Assembly (NCBI RefSeq): GCF_014692675.1
Contig: NZ_JABFCZ010000013.1
Span: forward strand, 1-64,000
DNA length: 64,000 nt
DNA from: Roseibium aggregatum
GTDB taxonomy: Bacteria > Pseudomonadota > Alphaproteobacteria > Rhizobiales > Stappiaceae
Direction: 5' to 3'
The notes under the pieces are model-generated. The model made no database searches and was not told the DNA's origin. It saw nothing but the letters and a program-made list of their open reading frames with translations. Position 1 is the first letter of the stretch. Each line of letters opens with the position of its first letter. Position numbers and translations under genes: made by a program. This document shows positions 8,726 through 17,345 of this stretch, piece by piece.

Positions 8726-9136
8726 GTGATATGCTTCCCGCATATAGCGTGGAAACCCGGGCTGGAGGGTGTGGTGTCTCTGGGCGATATCGGATTTCTG
8801 ATTCAATATGCCGTTCTGCCGTGGCTGCTGCTGTTCTTCGCGGTGATCGCGATCCAGATCCTGCGCGGTGACATCAACACCAGGGGGCTGCTCCGCACCC
8901 GGTCCGGAAACCGGGACATCGATCCGGAACGGGTGGCGATCCTGGGCACGACCCTGTTCGCCGCCGGCGCCTATCTCGTATCCGCCCTGCATCAGGGCGC
9001 GGTTTATGTCGAAGCCACCCATTCCTATCAGATGCCCGACATACCGGACGCGCTTCTGGTCGTCCTGACCGGCAGCAACGGGGTTTATCTCGGCGGCAAG
9101 ATCATGCGCAAGACACAAGGGGACACCAGGTCATGA
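8726..9136 (+). CDS. Hypothetical small integral membrane protein (about 3 TM); first gene of a 3-gene cluster with the nuclease
   Basis: Hydrophobic segments (FLIQYAVLPWLLLFFAVIAIQIL; AILGTTLFAAGAYLVSAL). Its stop overlaps the next ORF's start (ATGA at 9133-9136). Confidence 0.45.
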   Translation: MICFPHIAWKPGLEGVVSLGDIGFLIQYAVLPWLLLFFAVIAIQILRGDINTRGLLRTRSGNRDIDPERVAILGTTLFAAGAYLVSALHQGAVYVEATHSYQMPDIPDALLVVLTGSNGVYLGGKIMRKTQGDTRS

Positions 9137-9675
9137 GCAACGGTTCGCAACCAAATCGCAACCCGACCGGTCTGAGGGGCGACGCGATATTGTTCACCTT
9201 CGCATTCGTGTTCGCCATTGTCGCGATCAGCGCGGCGGCCTTTCACTACCAGGTCAAGCCGAAGGACATCGCCGTCCTGGGCTTCATCGCCTTTTCCATC
9301 ATCATCCTGGCGTTTGCCGCGGCGGTGCTGTGGCAGCTTGCGACCGGCACGATCAAGCTCGGCGGCCTGATTTCCGAACCGCTCCAGCCGGGCGAGAGCG
9401 GGCCCTATGGCAAGGCCAGCCTGTCCCGGTTCCAGTTCCTGATCTTCACCTTCGTCATCGCCGGGCTGTTCCTGATGCTGTGCATCGAGACCGGCGGCTT
9501 TGTCGAAATCCCGCCGAACGTGCTTGGCCTTCTGGGCATCAGCGGCGGCGGCTTCATCGTCTCCAAGGCGGTTGGCCTGCCGAAGCAGGATAACCAGTCC
9601 AACGCAGGCGGCCAGGGTGCCGGCGGTCAGGGTGCAGGCGGTCAGGGCGGCGACCAGGGAGGTGGTCAGTCCTGA
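9133..9675 (+). CDS. Hypothetical integral membrane protein (about 4 TM) with a Gly/Gln-rich repeat tail
   Basis: TM segments, then the C-terminal QSNAGGQGAGGQGAGGQGGDQGGGQS. Translationally coupled to the upstream ORF. Confidence 0.5.
   Translation: MSNGSQPNRNPTGLRGDAILFTFAFVFAIVAISAAAFHYQVKPKDIAVLGFIAFSIIILAFAAAVLWQLATGTIKLGGLISEPLQPGESGPYGKASLSRFQFLIFTFVIAGLFLMLCIETGGFVEIPPNVLGLLGISGGGFIVSKAVGLPKQDNQSNAGGQGAGGQGAGGQGGDQGGGQS
9594..9662 (+). repeat. Short imperfect tandem repeat (GGYSAGGGYGCMGGC units) encoding (QGAGG)n
   Basis: ggcggccagggtgccggcggtcagggtgcaggcggtcagggcggcgaccagggaggtggtcag; a possible slippage-prone coding repeat. Confidence 0.6.
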
Positions 9676-9716
9676 AGCGCCGATGCCGGCAAGGGCCAGA
9701 AAGGAGCAGGCGGCGG

Positions 9717-10730
9717 ATGAAGATGCCCAGCAACACCCGGTCACGAAAGCCCCGGAAAGACGACCGGCCGAACCTATTCCGGCAGTTCGCCGTGGCATTT
9801 GCCGCGGGCCTGACAATGACCGCCTTTTCCGGCATAGCGCAGGCAGCCGAAGACTGCCCGCCTCAAGCCGACATATCGGCCTGTGCCTTCCTCTGGAAAG
9901 ACGTCGGAGAGCCTGTTTCCAGAAAGGATGATCCCTGCGACTACGCCGAAATCTGCAAGCCGGAATTCCTGACCCGTTACAATTTCGCCACCAGGACGCC
10001 CGACTGGGTCATGGAGCGGCTGACGAAGGACATCGTCACCGGCACGAACAAGCGTCCGAAGGTCAAGTTCAAGCCGGATCCGGCCGTGCCTGAGGACAAA
10101 TCGGCCAAGGACGACGACTATGCCCGGTCTCTCTATGCCAGGGGCCATCAGGCCGCATCGGCCGATTTCAAGTCCAATCTGGACTGGATGAAACAGACCT
10201 TCGTTTTCTCCAATGCGGTGCCCCAGGAAGGCCCCGGCTTCAACTCCTCGATCTGGAGCCAGTTCGAGGACATGGTCCGCGACCTCGCCGTCAGCCGCGG
10301 CGAAATCATCGTCATCACCGGCCCGGTCTACCAGGACCCGCAAGGCAAAGATATCGTCATTCCAGAGAGCCAGAACCCCTGCGGCCGGGAAATCGTGCTG
10401 CCGGCCCTGAAACGCAAGGCGGTCTGCGGCGGAAAAACCGGCAAGGGCCCGAACCTCGCCTGTTCCGAAGAAGAAGGCGTCGCCATTCCCGCAGGTCTGT
10501 TCAAGATCATCGTCGATCCGGGCATCGGCCGGGTCAACGCCTATCTCCTGCCCAACATCGATCATCCCTCCCGGCGCGAGCGGGGCATGACGTCCGAAGA
10601 ATACCTGAAGATCTGGCGGGTGTCGGTGCTCAATATCGAAGACCGGACCGGTTACAAATTCCTGCCCGAGTATGACCGGCACGAGCGCCGCTCGCAGAAG
10701 GAAAGCTGCCCGGCAACAATGGTGCGCTGA
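9717..10730 (+). CDS. Secreted DNA/RNA non-specific endonuclease (Serratia NucA/EndoG-type His-Me finger nuclease)
   Basis: Signal peptide plus the active-site region YARGHQAASADF...SNAVPQ...FNSSIWSQFEDMVRDL...VITGPVY, which aligns to the DRGH...N...E architecture. Note the Ala in place of the usual Asp of DRGH. Confidence 0.75.
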   Translation: MKMPSNTRSRKPRKDDRPNLFRQFAVAFAAGLTMTAFSGIAQAAEDCPPQADISACAFLWKDVGEPVSRKDDPCDYAEICKPEFLTRYNFATRTPDWVMERLTKDIVTGTNKRPKVKFKPDPAVPEDKSAKDDDYARSLYARGHQAASADFKSNLDWMKQTFVFSNAVPQEGPGFNSSIWSQFEDMVRDLAVSRGEIIVITGPVYQDPQGKDIVIPESQNPCGREIVLPALKRKAVCGGKTGKGPNLACSEEEGVAIPAGLFKIIVDPGIGRVNAYLLPNIDHPSRRERGMTSEEYLKIWRVSVLNIEDRTGYKFLPEYDRHERRSQKESCPATMVR

Positions 10731-10845
10731 CTTTCTCCTGTTACAGTCTGCGACAAAAAATTCAAAACAATGAAATGATTAACCGCTAATCTCGGTTTTG
10801 CCGCCTCCTCCCGCGGCGAACAATATTTTTGTCTGAAGGTGAACC

Positions 10846-11346
10846 ATGTCTGTCAGCCAGCCCGCATCCTACAGTCGTGCCCAGATCATCCTGCACTGGG
10901 TCATTGCCCTCATCGTCTTTTTCCAGCTGATCTTCGGCGAATCGATTGCCGAATACGGCCACGTGCTACGCGAAGGCACAACGCCCGATTCCGGCCTCGT
11001 CATCATGGCCAATGCGCATATCTGGTCCGGGGTTGCGATCCTTGTCCTGATGCTCGCGCGCATTGCCCTGCGCCTCTCCCACGGTGCGCCCGCGCCCATT
11101 TCCGGCCCGAAGCTGCAGGTCATGGTCGCCAAGGCGATCCACGGGCTGTTTTACCTGCTCCTGATCGCAGCACCGCTGACCGGCCTTGCCGCCTGGTATT
11201 TGAAGATCAGACCCGCCGGCGAGGTCCATGAATGGATGAAGCCGGTGTTCATCGTGCTGATCGCGCTGCACATCGTCGGTGCCCTGTGGCACAAGTTTGT
11301 GCTCAAGGACGCCACAATGCAGCGGATGGTTTCCTCCAGCGCATAA
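10846..11346 (+). CDS. Cytochrome b561 family protein (CybB-like)
   Basis: Four-TM di-heme topology with conserved His residues (ILHWVIAL...; ANAHIWSG...; HGLFYLLL...; ALHIVGALWH). Confidence 0.75.
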   Translation: MSVSQPASYSRAQIILHWVIALIVFFQLIFGESIAEYGHVLREGTTPDSGLVIMANAHIWSGVAILVLMLARIALRLSHGAPAPISGPKLQVMVAKAIHGLFYLLLIAAPLTGLAAWYLKIRPAGEVHEWMKPVFIVLIALHIVGALWHKFVLKDATMQRMVSSSA

Positions 11347-11353
11347 CGCGGGT

Positions 11354-12454
11354 TCAGTCCCGCGCCTCAAGCCAGATCCGCGCCTGATCCACGTCGCCGG
11401 AGAGCACGCCGGAGGCGACCTTCTGTCCGACGACCGCGCCGAACTTGTAGCCGTGTCCGGAGCACGCGGAGACGGCGACCACCTTGCCCCGCTCGCTCAG
11501 GAAGAAATGCTCGTCAGCGGTGAAGGTATAGGCGCAGGTGACCACATCGGCGACGCCGTATTCCCCGATCCGCGCAAACGGCGGCGAGAAGTAATCGCGA
11601 ATGGTTTCGCCCTCGCCCGCCGCCGCGACCCGATCGGCATCCGGCGTGGTCACATATTTATGGCAGCCCGCGCCGACCTTCAGCCCCGTACCGGCCACCG
11701 GCGGCAGCACGTAGCCGTCGACCTTGCCGCCCACGTCCAGAATGACCGGCCCCTTTTCCCAGTGCGGTTTGAGATCCGCCGGCGGCGTCAGATAGGCAAC
11801 CGCCGTGCGATAGGTGGTCAGGGACGCAGCAAGATCCGGAAGAAGACCCAGGACCCAGGCCCCGGCGGTTACAACAACCCGGTCGGCCGTCAGCTCGTCG
11901 CCGTTCTCAAGCCGCACGCTGCCCGATGTCTCGTCGAGGGAGACCACCCGCGTGTTCTCGCGCACATCCACCCCGATGGCGATCAGCCAGTCGCGCATGT
12001 CCGACGCGATCCTCTGGCACAGCAGCACCCCGCCTTCCTCGCTGTAGGCGCCGAAGCGGATCGTGCTGCCGTCGATGAAGGGAAAGCGCTCGCCGGTTTC
12101 CGCCGGGCTCATCTCATCAAACGGATAACCGCCGGCAATCAGGCCGTCCCGGTATTCCTCGCCTTCGTCGCCCGGTTCCTGCGACAGAAGCAGGAAGCCG
12201 GTATCGACCAGGTGCTTACGGCCGAGATCTTCCCACATCTGGTCCCAGGCGTCATAGGCCGCGCTGATGCGCCGCTGATAGCCGCCCTGTCCGCCATAGG
12301 CCCGGCGGATGATCCGGTGCTGGTCGCCGGACGCCGACAAAGGATTGGGGATCGGCCCCTGTTCGATGAGCGTGACGTCCGCATCCTGCCGGGCCAGCGC
12401 CCAGGCGGTGGACAGGCCGGAAATGCCGGCGCCGACAACGATGATTTTCATGTG
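11354..12454 (-). CDS. FAD-dependent oxidoreductase (DAO superfamily)
   Basis: N-terminal Rossmann motif MKIIVVGAGISGLSTAW. The listed ORF starts 21 codons upstream, at 12517. Confidence 0.7.
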   Translation of the reverse strand, partial: HMKIIVVGAGISGLSTAWALARQDADVTLIEQGPIPNPLSASGDQHRIIRRAYGGQGGYQRRISAAYDAWDQMWEDLGRKHLVDTGFLLLSQEPGDEGEEYRDGLIAGGYPFDEMSPAETGERFPFIDGSTIRFGAYSEEGGVLLCQRIASDMRDWLIAIGVDVRENTRVVSLDETSGSVRLENGDELTADRVVVTAGAWVLGLLPDLAASLTTYRTAVAYLTPPADLKPHWEKGPVILDVGGKVDGYVLPPVAGTGLKVGAGCHKYVTTPDADRVAAAGEGETIRDYFSPPFARIGEYGVADVVTCAYTFTADEHFFLSERGKVVAVSACSGHGYKFGAVVGQKVASGVLSGDVDQARIWLEARD

Positions 12455-12640
12455 AAATCCGGTTCTGGAGAGTTTCAGTTCAACACTAGCCGCCCGCTTG
12501 TCGGGCGCAAGCAACATTAGGTCGCAATGTTATTCCGTTTGTTCCGATCCACATGTGATACGGATCAAGACCGGAAGGCGAATTTCTTTGACGCAGGAAG
12601 CCTTCCGATTTCCGATGTGAGCGCAAGCCCGGGAGGTGCG

Positions 12641-13309
12641 ATGTTGGAACGACGCTTGGCCGATCTGCCGGACTGGGGATACCTTCTCAGGGAATATTAC
12701 GAGCTTTACCGGTTTCTGTCGTCCGGCGGCAGCGACCGGATCCGGGCCCACCAGCGGGCCGTTCGAGAGGCCATCAGCCGGGTCCTGAAGGCCAACCCTC
12801 CCCTGGAGTTCAACAGCCCGGCCGAAAAGCCGGTCAACGTTCACCTGAAGCGCGCGCTCGACGAAGGCAAGCTGGAACGCACCGCTCCCTTCATCCGCTC
12901 CATAGAATCCATCCAGCAGCACCTCATCTGGCAATACGGCTACGAAAAGGTTCCGCGCGGCCTGGAAAAAACCTACGCCTATGCGGAAATCTGCGGCCCC
13001 AACGGACCGATCCTCACCGATCAGGTCATTCTGGGCTTCGTTCTGTTCGCCCCCGGCTGTACCTATCCCTCCCACGCTCATGACGGGATATCGGAAAGCT
13101 ATATCTGCCTGTCCGGGGCGGTTTCGGAAAACCATCAGGGCGTCTATGCGCCCGGCTCGATGATCTTCAATCCGCCGGAGCACACCCACCGGATCACGGT
13201 TTCCAATCTGGAGCCGGCGCTTCTGGCCTATGCCTGGATCGGCCCCGCGGAACGGCTTGCGAAGCAGAAAATGGTGTTCAGCCGACAGCGGTCGAACAAG
13301 GCAGGTTAG
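12641..13309 (+). CDS. Cupin-domain protein; possibly DddL-like DMSP lyase (tentative)
   Basis: Exact cupin motif 1, G(X)5HXH(X)4E(X)6G, in PGCTYPSHAHDGISESYICLSG, plus a partial motif 2. The ~222 aa measured from the ATG at 12641 fits DddL-type cupins. Confidence 0.5.
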   Translation: MLERRLADLPDWGYLLREYYELYRFLSSGGSDRIRAHQRAVREAISRVLKANPPLEFNSPAEKPVNVHLKRALDEGKLERTAPFIRSIESIQQHLIWQYGYEKVPRGLEKTYAYAEICGPNGPILTDQVILGFVLFAPGCTYPSHAHDGISESYICLSGAVSENHQGVYAPGSMIFNPPEHTHRITVSNLEPALLAYAWIGPAERLAKQKMVFSRQRSNKAG

Positions 13310-14163
13310 GCGGCTGCTTCGGCCGCATCCGGCTGCGTTTTCTGCATGCGGATATCAAGCGTAGTTCGCGTCAGAGTTCCGTCGGCATTGATCCAGGCCG
13401 GCTCGGCGATCAGCTTGGCGCCCACGATGCCCAGCTGCGGAAAATCCAGTCCCATGGAATGGGCCATGGCAACCCGGCTGCCTGCCTTGGGATTGAGACC
13501 GCAGCAAATTGGACCTTTGCCCATTTTCAGGTGATGGGCGATATCCCACTCCAGGGTGACGCCGTCATGCCGGGTCACGACCCAGCAATGCATGTCGTCG
13601 CAGCAACCGTTCTTTTCTTCGGGGAAGAAATAGCCGGTCACATATCCGGCCTCGAAACCGGCCGCGCGCAGGCAGGCGATCAGGTAGGTGTTGATGTCGA
13701 CGCAGGAGCCTTCGGTCACTCCGCAGGCGAGATAAGGGATCTCCTCCAGTCCGTCGTTGAAGCGGACCTCCGGATGCCCGTAGACGAATTTTTCCGCCAC
13801 GTCGTTGACGATCGCCTCGATCGCGGCATGGCCGTCGCGCGTGCTTTCTGCCAGACGACGCGCATCCCGGACCAGGGCATCGGCTGCCTTCGTGAAACGG
13901 TTTTCCTGCGACCGGAACAAGATATCCGGATAGCCGGGGCCGCCATCGGCGAAGGTGTAACTGAATGTAATCTGAGTAGCCGGATCTGGGGAAACGAGCG
14001 CCGCCATCTGTCCGGTCGTCGCCTCGCCGGTCAGCTCGAAATCCGCCCCTTCCACCGCAAAGCGGACCGGCACCTGATGGGGCGTCGGCAGGCCGACGGG
14101 CGCGAGCAAGTGCCGGCCGCCGGTTTCATCCGGTGCAACGGTGACGGTGACATGGGTCAGCAT
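13306..14163 (-). CDS. Transglutaminase-like cysteine protease superfamily protein
   Basis: Cys...His...Asp core (GSCVDINTYLIACLRAAG...HCWVV...). The listed ORF extends to 14271. Confidence 0.6.
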   Translation of the reverse strand: MLTHVTVTVAPDETGGRHLLAPVGLPTPHQVPVRFAVEGADFELTGEATTGQMAALVSPDPATQITFSYTFADGGPGYPDILFRSQENRFTKAADALVRDARRLAESTRDGHAAIEAIVNDVAEKFVYGHPEVRFNDGLEEIPYLACGVTEGSCVDINTYLIACLRAAGFEAGYVTGYFFPEEKNGCCDDMHCWVVTRHDGVTLEWDIAHHLKMGKGPICCGLNPKAGSRVAMAHSMGLDFPQLGIVGAKLIAEPAWINADGTLTRTTLDIRMQKTQPDAAEAAA

Positions 14164-14174
14164 CGCTTCACCTC

Positions 14175-15254
14175 TTACATGAACAGTTGGAAGATCAGAC
14201 CGGAAGCAATCGCACCGGTGACGCCGAGGCCGAGATAGCTTGCAAAGACCCCGGGCCTGACGAGCGACCACACCGCCGCCATCGCGGGGATCGAGCTGAC
14301 GGCGCCGGCCATCATGAAGGCCATGGCCGCCCCCGGGCTCATGCCCTGGTCCACCAGGCCGGAAAGAAGCGGCGGCGCCACGTAGCTGTTGAGATAGGCG
14401 GGCATGCCGACCAGGGCCGCAATCGCGATCGGCACAACTCCGTCACCGCCAACGGCCCGCGCGATCAGGTCCGCGGGCACATAGGTGACCAGCAACGCCT
14501 CCAGAGCGTAGGCGAGCGCCAGCCACTTGGCGAGAAACAAGGCGTTGATCCTCAGTTCCGTGCCGAACACCGCCTTGCGGTCTTCTTCCCGCCAGAACCG
14601 CCACACCGGCTTGCCCTTGAACGGCGACGGCCCGCAGCCGCAGCCGCCCGACGTGATCGGCTTGAGCGGGTTTGAAAAAAGCCCCCCGCTCACCAGCGCC
14701 TTGACGGTGAAGCCGCCGAACAGGCCGAGACCGACGGCAAAGACCGCCTTGCCGATGGCGAACGGCCAGCCGAGAGCCGCGGCGGTGATCAGCAGCGTCG
14801 GCGGGTCGATCAGCGGGGAAGACAGCCAGAAGGCCATGATCGCCGGCAGCGGCGCGCCGAGCGCCAGCAGACCGGCGATGAACGGGATGACCTGGCAGGA
14901 GCAAAACGGCGCCAGGCCGCCGAACAGGGCGGCGAGAACGATCGCCTGGACCTCGCGTCCCTCGAACACCCGCCCAATCGTGCTCTCGGCTCCTGCCGCC
15001 TTCAGCCAGGCAATCAGCAGGACGGCGGCCACGATATAGGGCAGTGTTCCCATAAAAGCCTTGAACGCGAACAGCGTCACAGGCCCCGCCTCGCCCGGAT
15101 CGAGTGCCAGCACCAGAAGCGGTACCGCAACAACAAGCGTCCATGGCGTCAGCAAGACCTGCCTCCACGGGACCGAAGAGGGTTCGGGTGCACAACAGGC
15201 ATCGCCCGAAGGCGTCGCGCAGCAGGCGGATTTAGCCGGCGAAAGATCGGTCAT
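14175..15254 (-). CDS. arsP: ArsP-like permease (DUF318/UPF0718 family) with an N-terminal Cys-rich segment
   Basis: Multi-TM protein containing a PFCSC motif in a TM helix (GLAPFCSCQVIPF), matching the ArsP TPFcSCS signature. N-terminal CCATPSGDACCAP. 4-bp overlap with the upstream ArsR gene. Confidence 0.55.
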   Translation of the reverse strand: MTDLSPAKSACCATPSGDACCAPEPSSVPWRQVLLTPWTLVVAVPLLVLALDPGEAGPVTLFAFKAFMGTLPYIVAAVLLIAWLKAAGAESTIGRVFEGREVQAIVLAALFGGLAPFCSCQVIPFIAGLLALGAPLPAIMAFWLSSPLIDPPTLLITAAALGWPFAIGKAVFAVGLGLFGGFTVKALVSGGLFSNPLKPITSGGCGCGPSPFKGKPVWRFWREEDRKAVFGTELRINALFLAKWLALAYALEALLVTYVPADLIARAVGGDGVVPIAIAALVGMPAYLNSYVAPPLLSGLVDQGMSPGAAMAFMMAGAVSSIPAMAAVWSLVRPGVFASYLGLGVTGAIASGLIFQLFM

Positions 15255-15583
15255 TCCACTGTCTCCTCTCGAGCCGCGCACAAGGCGGCACAGGCGCTTT
15301 CGTCCGCGCAGCATTCCTGCAGGATGTAGCTGGCGAGACCTTCAAGGTGGTCGAAGGCGGCCCGGTTGATCACGGAACGGCCGGCCTTTTCCTGAAGGAT
15401 CAGACCGGCGGATGTCAGGAACTTCAGATGATGGGCGAGCGTCGACGCGGCCATCCCGGTGCGCTCCAGGATGTCCCCGACCGTCAATCCGCTTCGCCCT
15501 GCTTTCACCAGGGTCAGCACCACCTGCAGGCGGGATTCCGATCCAAGGGCGGCAAAGCCTTGCGCAGCTTCTTCCAGATCCAT
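15251..15583 (-). CDS. arsR: ArsR/SmtB-family metalloregulatory repressor with C-terminal Cys cluster
   Basis: HTH region ESRLQVVLTLVKAGRSGLTVGDILERTGMAASTLAHHLKFLTSAGLI. C-terminal CCADESACAALCAA candidate metalloid-binding site. Confidence 0.8.
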   Translation of the reverse strand: MDLEEAAQGFAALGSESRLQVVLTLVKAGRSGLTVGDILERTGMAASTLAHHLKFLTSAGLILQEKAGRSVINRAAFDHLEGLASYILQECCADESACAALCAAREETVE

Positions 15584-15604
15584 GTCCAGTCACCTCATCT
15601 CAAA

Positions 15605-15632
15605 ATAACTATATTTCTAGTTTTATAGTTAT
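15605..15632. promoter_or_regulatory. Perfect 9-bp inverted repeat (ATAACTATA-N10-TATAGTTAT) in the arsR promoter region; candidate ArsR operator
   Basis: Palindrome 22-50 bp upstream of the arsR start, in an AT-rich patch. Confidence 0.55.
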
Positions 15633-15726
15633 AACGAACACCGGACGGAGGCAAGGATTTTTCCGCACACGGTTTTGGTGCATGATGCGCATGTGCACGT
15701 AAACGTGCTGAGAGGAGGATGCGAAA

Positions 15727-16401
15727 ATGCGCATCAAGGACTATTCGGAAGCGATCTCCTCGGTGGCAACGACCTTGCTGCTGGTCCTGCTGGTCGCCTT
15801 CCTCACCGGTGTTTTCTTCTTTCCCGAAAAGCTCTCGGCAACCGTTTTCGACCGGCTGGAACGGGCCGGGCTGAAGGTCAAGGAACTGGCCATTGCGGGC
15901 TGGAAACTGGAAGTGATCGAGCGGGACAAGGTCATTCAGAGCAACGTGGACGATCTCGCCATCGCCAAAGCGGAAATCGAAAGGTTGCAGAAGCTGATTC
16001 CGCCGGACATGCAGGCAAGCAACCGGGAAAGCGCCGACAACGTCGCGAACCAGATCAACACCGCCATCCGGCAAAGCGAGCAGACGGTGACAGTCACCCC
16101 GTCACAAGGCGCGGCAATTACCCAATGGGCCGTCGTCTTCGGCGCGGACAAGGACAAAACCAGTGCCCTGCACGAAATCGCGCGCGTCAAACCGGACTAT
16201 CCCGGCGCGTTCCTGGCGGAGCGGGACGGATGGCTCCGTTCAATCGTCCTGTTCCCGGACCGGGCAAATGCGGATTCCGCTGCCGACGGCATAAGCCAGG
16301 CCGTGGGGCGAACCGCCTATGTCCGGAATTTCGGAGACTGGTGCCCCGGCGCGCCCGCCAATCCGGCGCCCGGGAGCATCGTGGAATGCGGTCCGCGTTA
16401 A
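15727..16401 (+). CDS. Hypothetical N-terminally membrane-anchored protein
   Basis: 224-aa ORF with one N-terminal TM helix and a coiled-coil-like region. No recognisable motif. Confidence 0.4.
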   Translation: MRIKDYSEAISSVATTLLLVLLVAFLTGVFFFPEKLSATVFDRLERAGLKVKELAIAGWKLEVIERDKVIQSNVDDLAIAKAEIERLQKLIPPDMQASNRESADNVANQINTAIRQSEQTVTVTPSQGAAITQWAVVFGADKDKTSALHEIARVKPDYPGAFLAERDGWLRSIVLFPDRANADSAADGISQAVGRTAYVRNFGDWCPGAPANPAPGSIVECGPR

Positions 16402-16444
16402 CGGCGCAAAATGAAGGTCGTCCGGAAACTGCGCGGCGCGCCGC

Positions 16445-16861
16445 CTATCCCGCCTTCTCGACCTGCGCGATCCAGTCGGTGAGATTGTAGTAGGTGGTAA
16501 TGCGGGCGATCTTGCCGTCGCGGATCTCGAAAAAGCTGCCGGCAGGAAGCTTGTAGGTCTGCCCCCTGGCTTCAGGCAGGCCTTCATCGTTTTCCAGATA
16601 GGTGCCGGAGACGATGAATTCGGCCGACGCCCGCGAACCGTCCTCGGAAATCAGCAGGCAAATATCCGACAGCCGTTCCTTGTAGCAGCGGCTCATATGC
16701 ACATTGAAGGCCCAGAACTTGTCCTTGCCGACCCGCCGTTCGCCCTGGTTCACGTCGTGGATCAGATCCTCGGCGACCAGATCCTCCATCTTGCCGGTGT
16801 CCCCGGCATTGAAGGCGGCAAAATAGGTATCCAGCAGAAAGCGGGTCTGAGACTTGGGCAT
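16445..16861 (-). CDS. NTF2-like/SnoaL-like (ketosteroid isomerase fold) family protein
   Basis: 138-aa ORF whose N-terminus (LLDTYFAAFNAGDTGKMEDLVAEDLIHDV) is typical of SnoaL-like proteins. Confidence 0.6.
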   Translation of the reverse strand: MPKSQTRFLLDTYFAAFNAGDTGKMEDLVAEDLIHDVNQGERRVGKDKFWAFNVHMSRCYKERLSDICLLISEDGSRASAEFIVSGTYLENDEGLPEARGQTYKLPAGSFFEIRDGKIARITTYYNLTDWIAQVEKAG

Positions 16862-17202
16862 GATGAGGGACCTGAATGGACCGGAGATAAAGAAAACGGA
16901 AGGGGAGTGTGCCTGTCCTTCGCGGCAGTGGCAAGACGGGAATCGGCCGCCGGGCGGACCCTCAGCCCCCCTTTCCGACGGGTTCTGGACCCGCCACCTT
17001 CAGTTGCTCAAACGCAACACAAAGATGCACACCTGCGAAATTTCACAATATCCCTCTTGCGGATGCCGCCCAACTTCCCTTATGTCACGCCTCCCGGTCG
17101 CCGCACCGGTGCGGATGTCAACGGTTTCGGCCATTTTACGGCCTCCCGCGTGATCGGGCCCTGCCCTTTCATGTACGGACACTGCTCCGGGATCGGATGC
17201 TG

Positions 17203-17273
17203 TCACATGATGCTAATCGGTATAGCGCCGGGTTACCGCCCGGAGAAAGCAGGTTCGACTCCTGTCGTGTGAA
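17203..17273 (+). other. tRNA-like sequence with a degenerate anticodon arm; probable tRNA remnant
   Basis: Perfect 7-bp acceptor pairing (TCACATG/CGTGTGA), a 4-bp D stem and a T-arm-like GCAGG-TTCGACT-CCTGT. The anticodon arm can only form with a 6-nt loop. Confidence 0.4.
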
Positions 17274-17345
17274 CACGGATAGCTCAGTTGGTAGAGCATC
17301 GGACTTTTAATCCGACGGTCGCGGGTTCAACTCCCGCTCCAAGAG
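17273..17345 (+). pseudogene. tRNA-Lys(TTT)-like gene with intact D, anticodon and T arms but a non-complementary acceptor 3' strand
   Basis: ACACGGA-TA-GCTC-AGTTGGTA-GAGC-A-TCGGA-CTTTTAA-TCCGA-CGGTC-GCGGG-TTCAACT-CCCGC-TCCAAGA. Only 4 of 7 acceptor pairs form, where TCCGTGT is expected. Confidence 0.55.

Noticed and set aside
9594-9662. CRISPR-like short repeats
   Set aside because: The repeats are contiguous with no spacers and lie within a coding region that encodes a Gly/Gln tail. There are no cas genes.
16697-17310. ORFs 16697-17272, 16854-17153 and 16909-17310 in the gap before the tRNA-like region
   Set aside because: They overlap each other and the NTF2 gene antisense, and have no motifs. 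They are probably non-coding, though an sRNA cannot be excluded.
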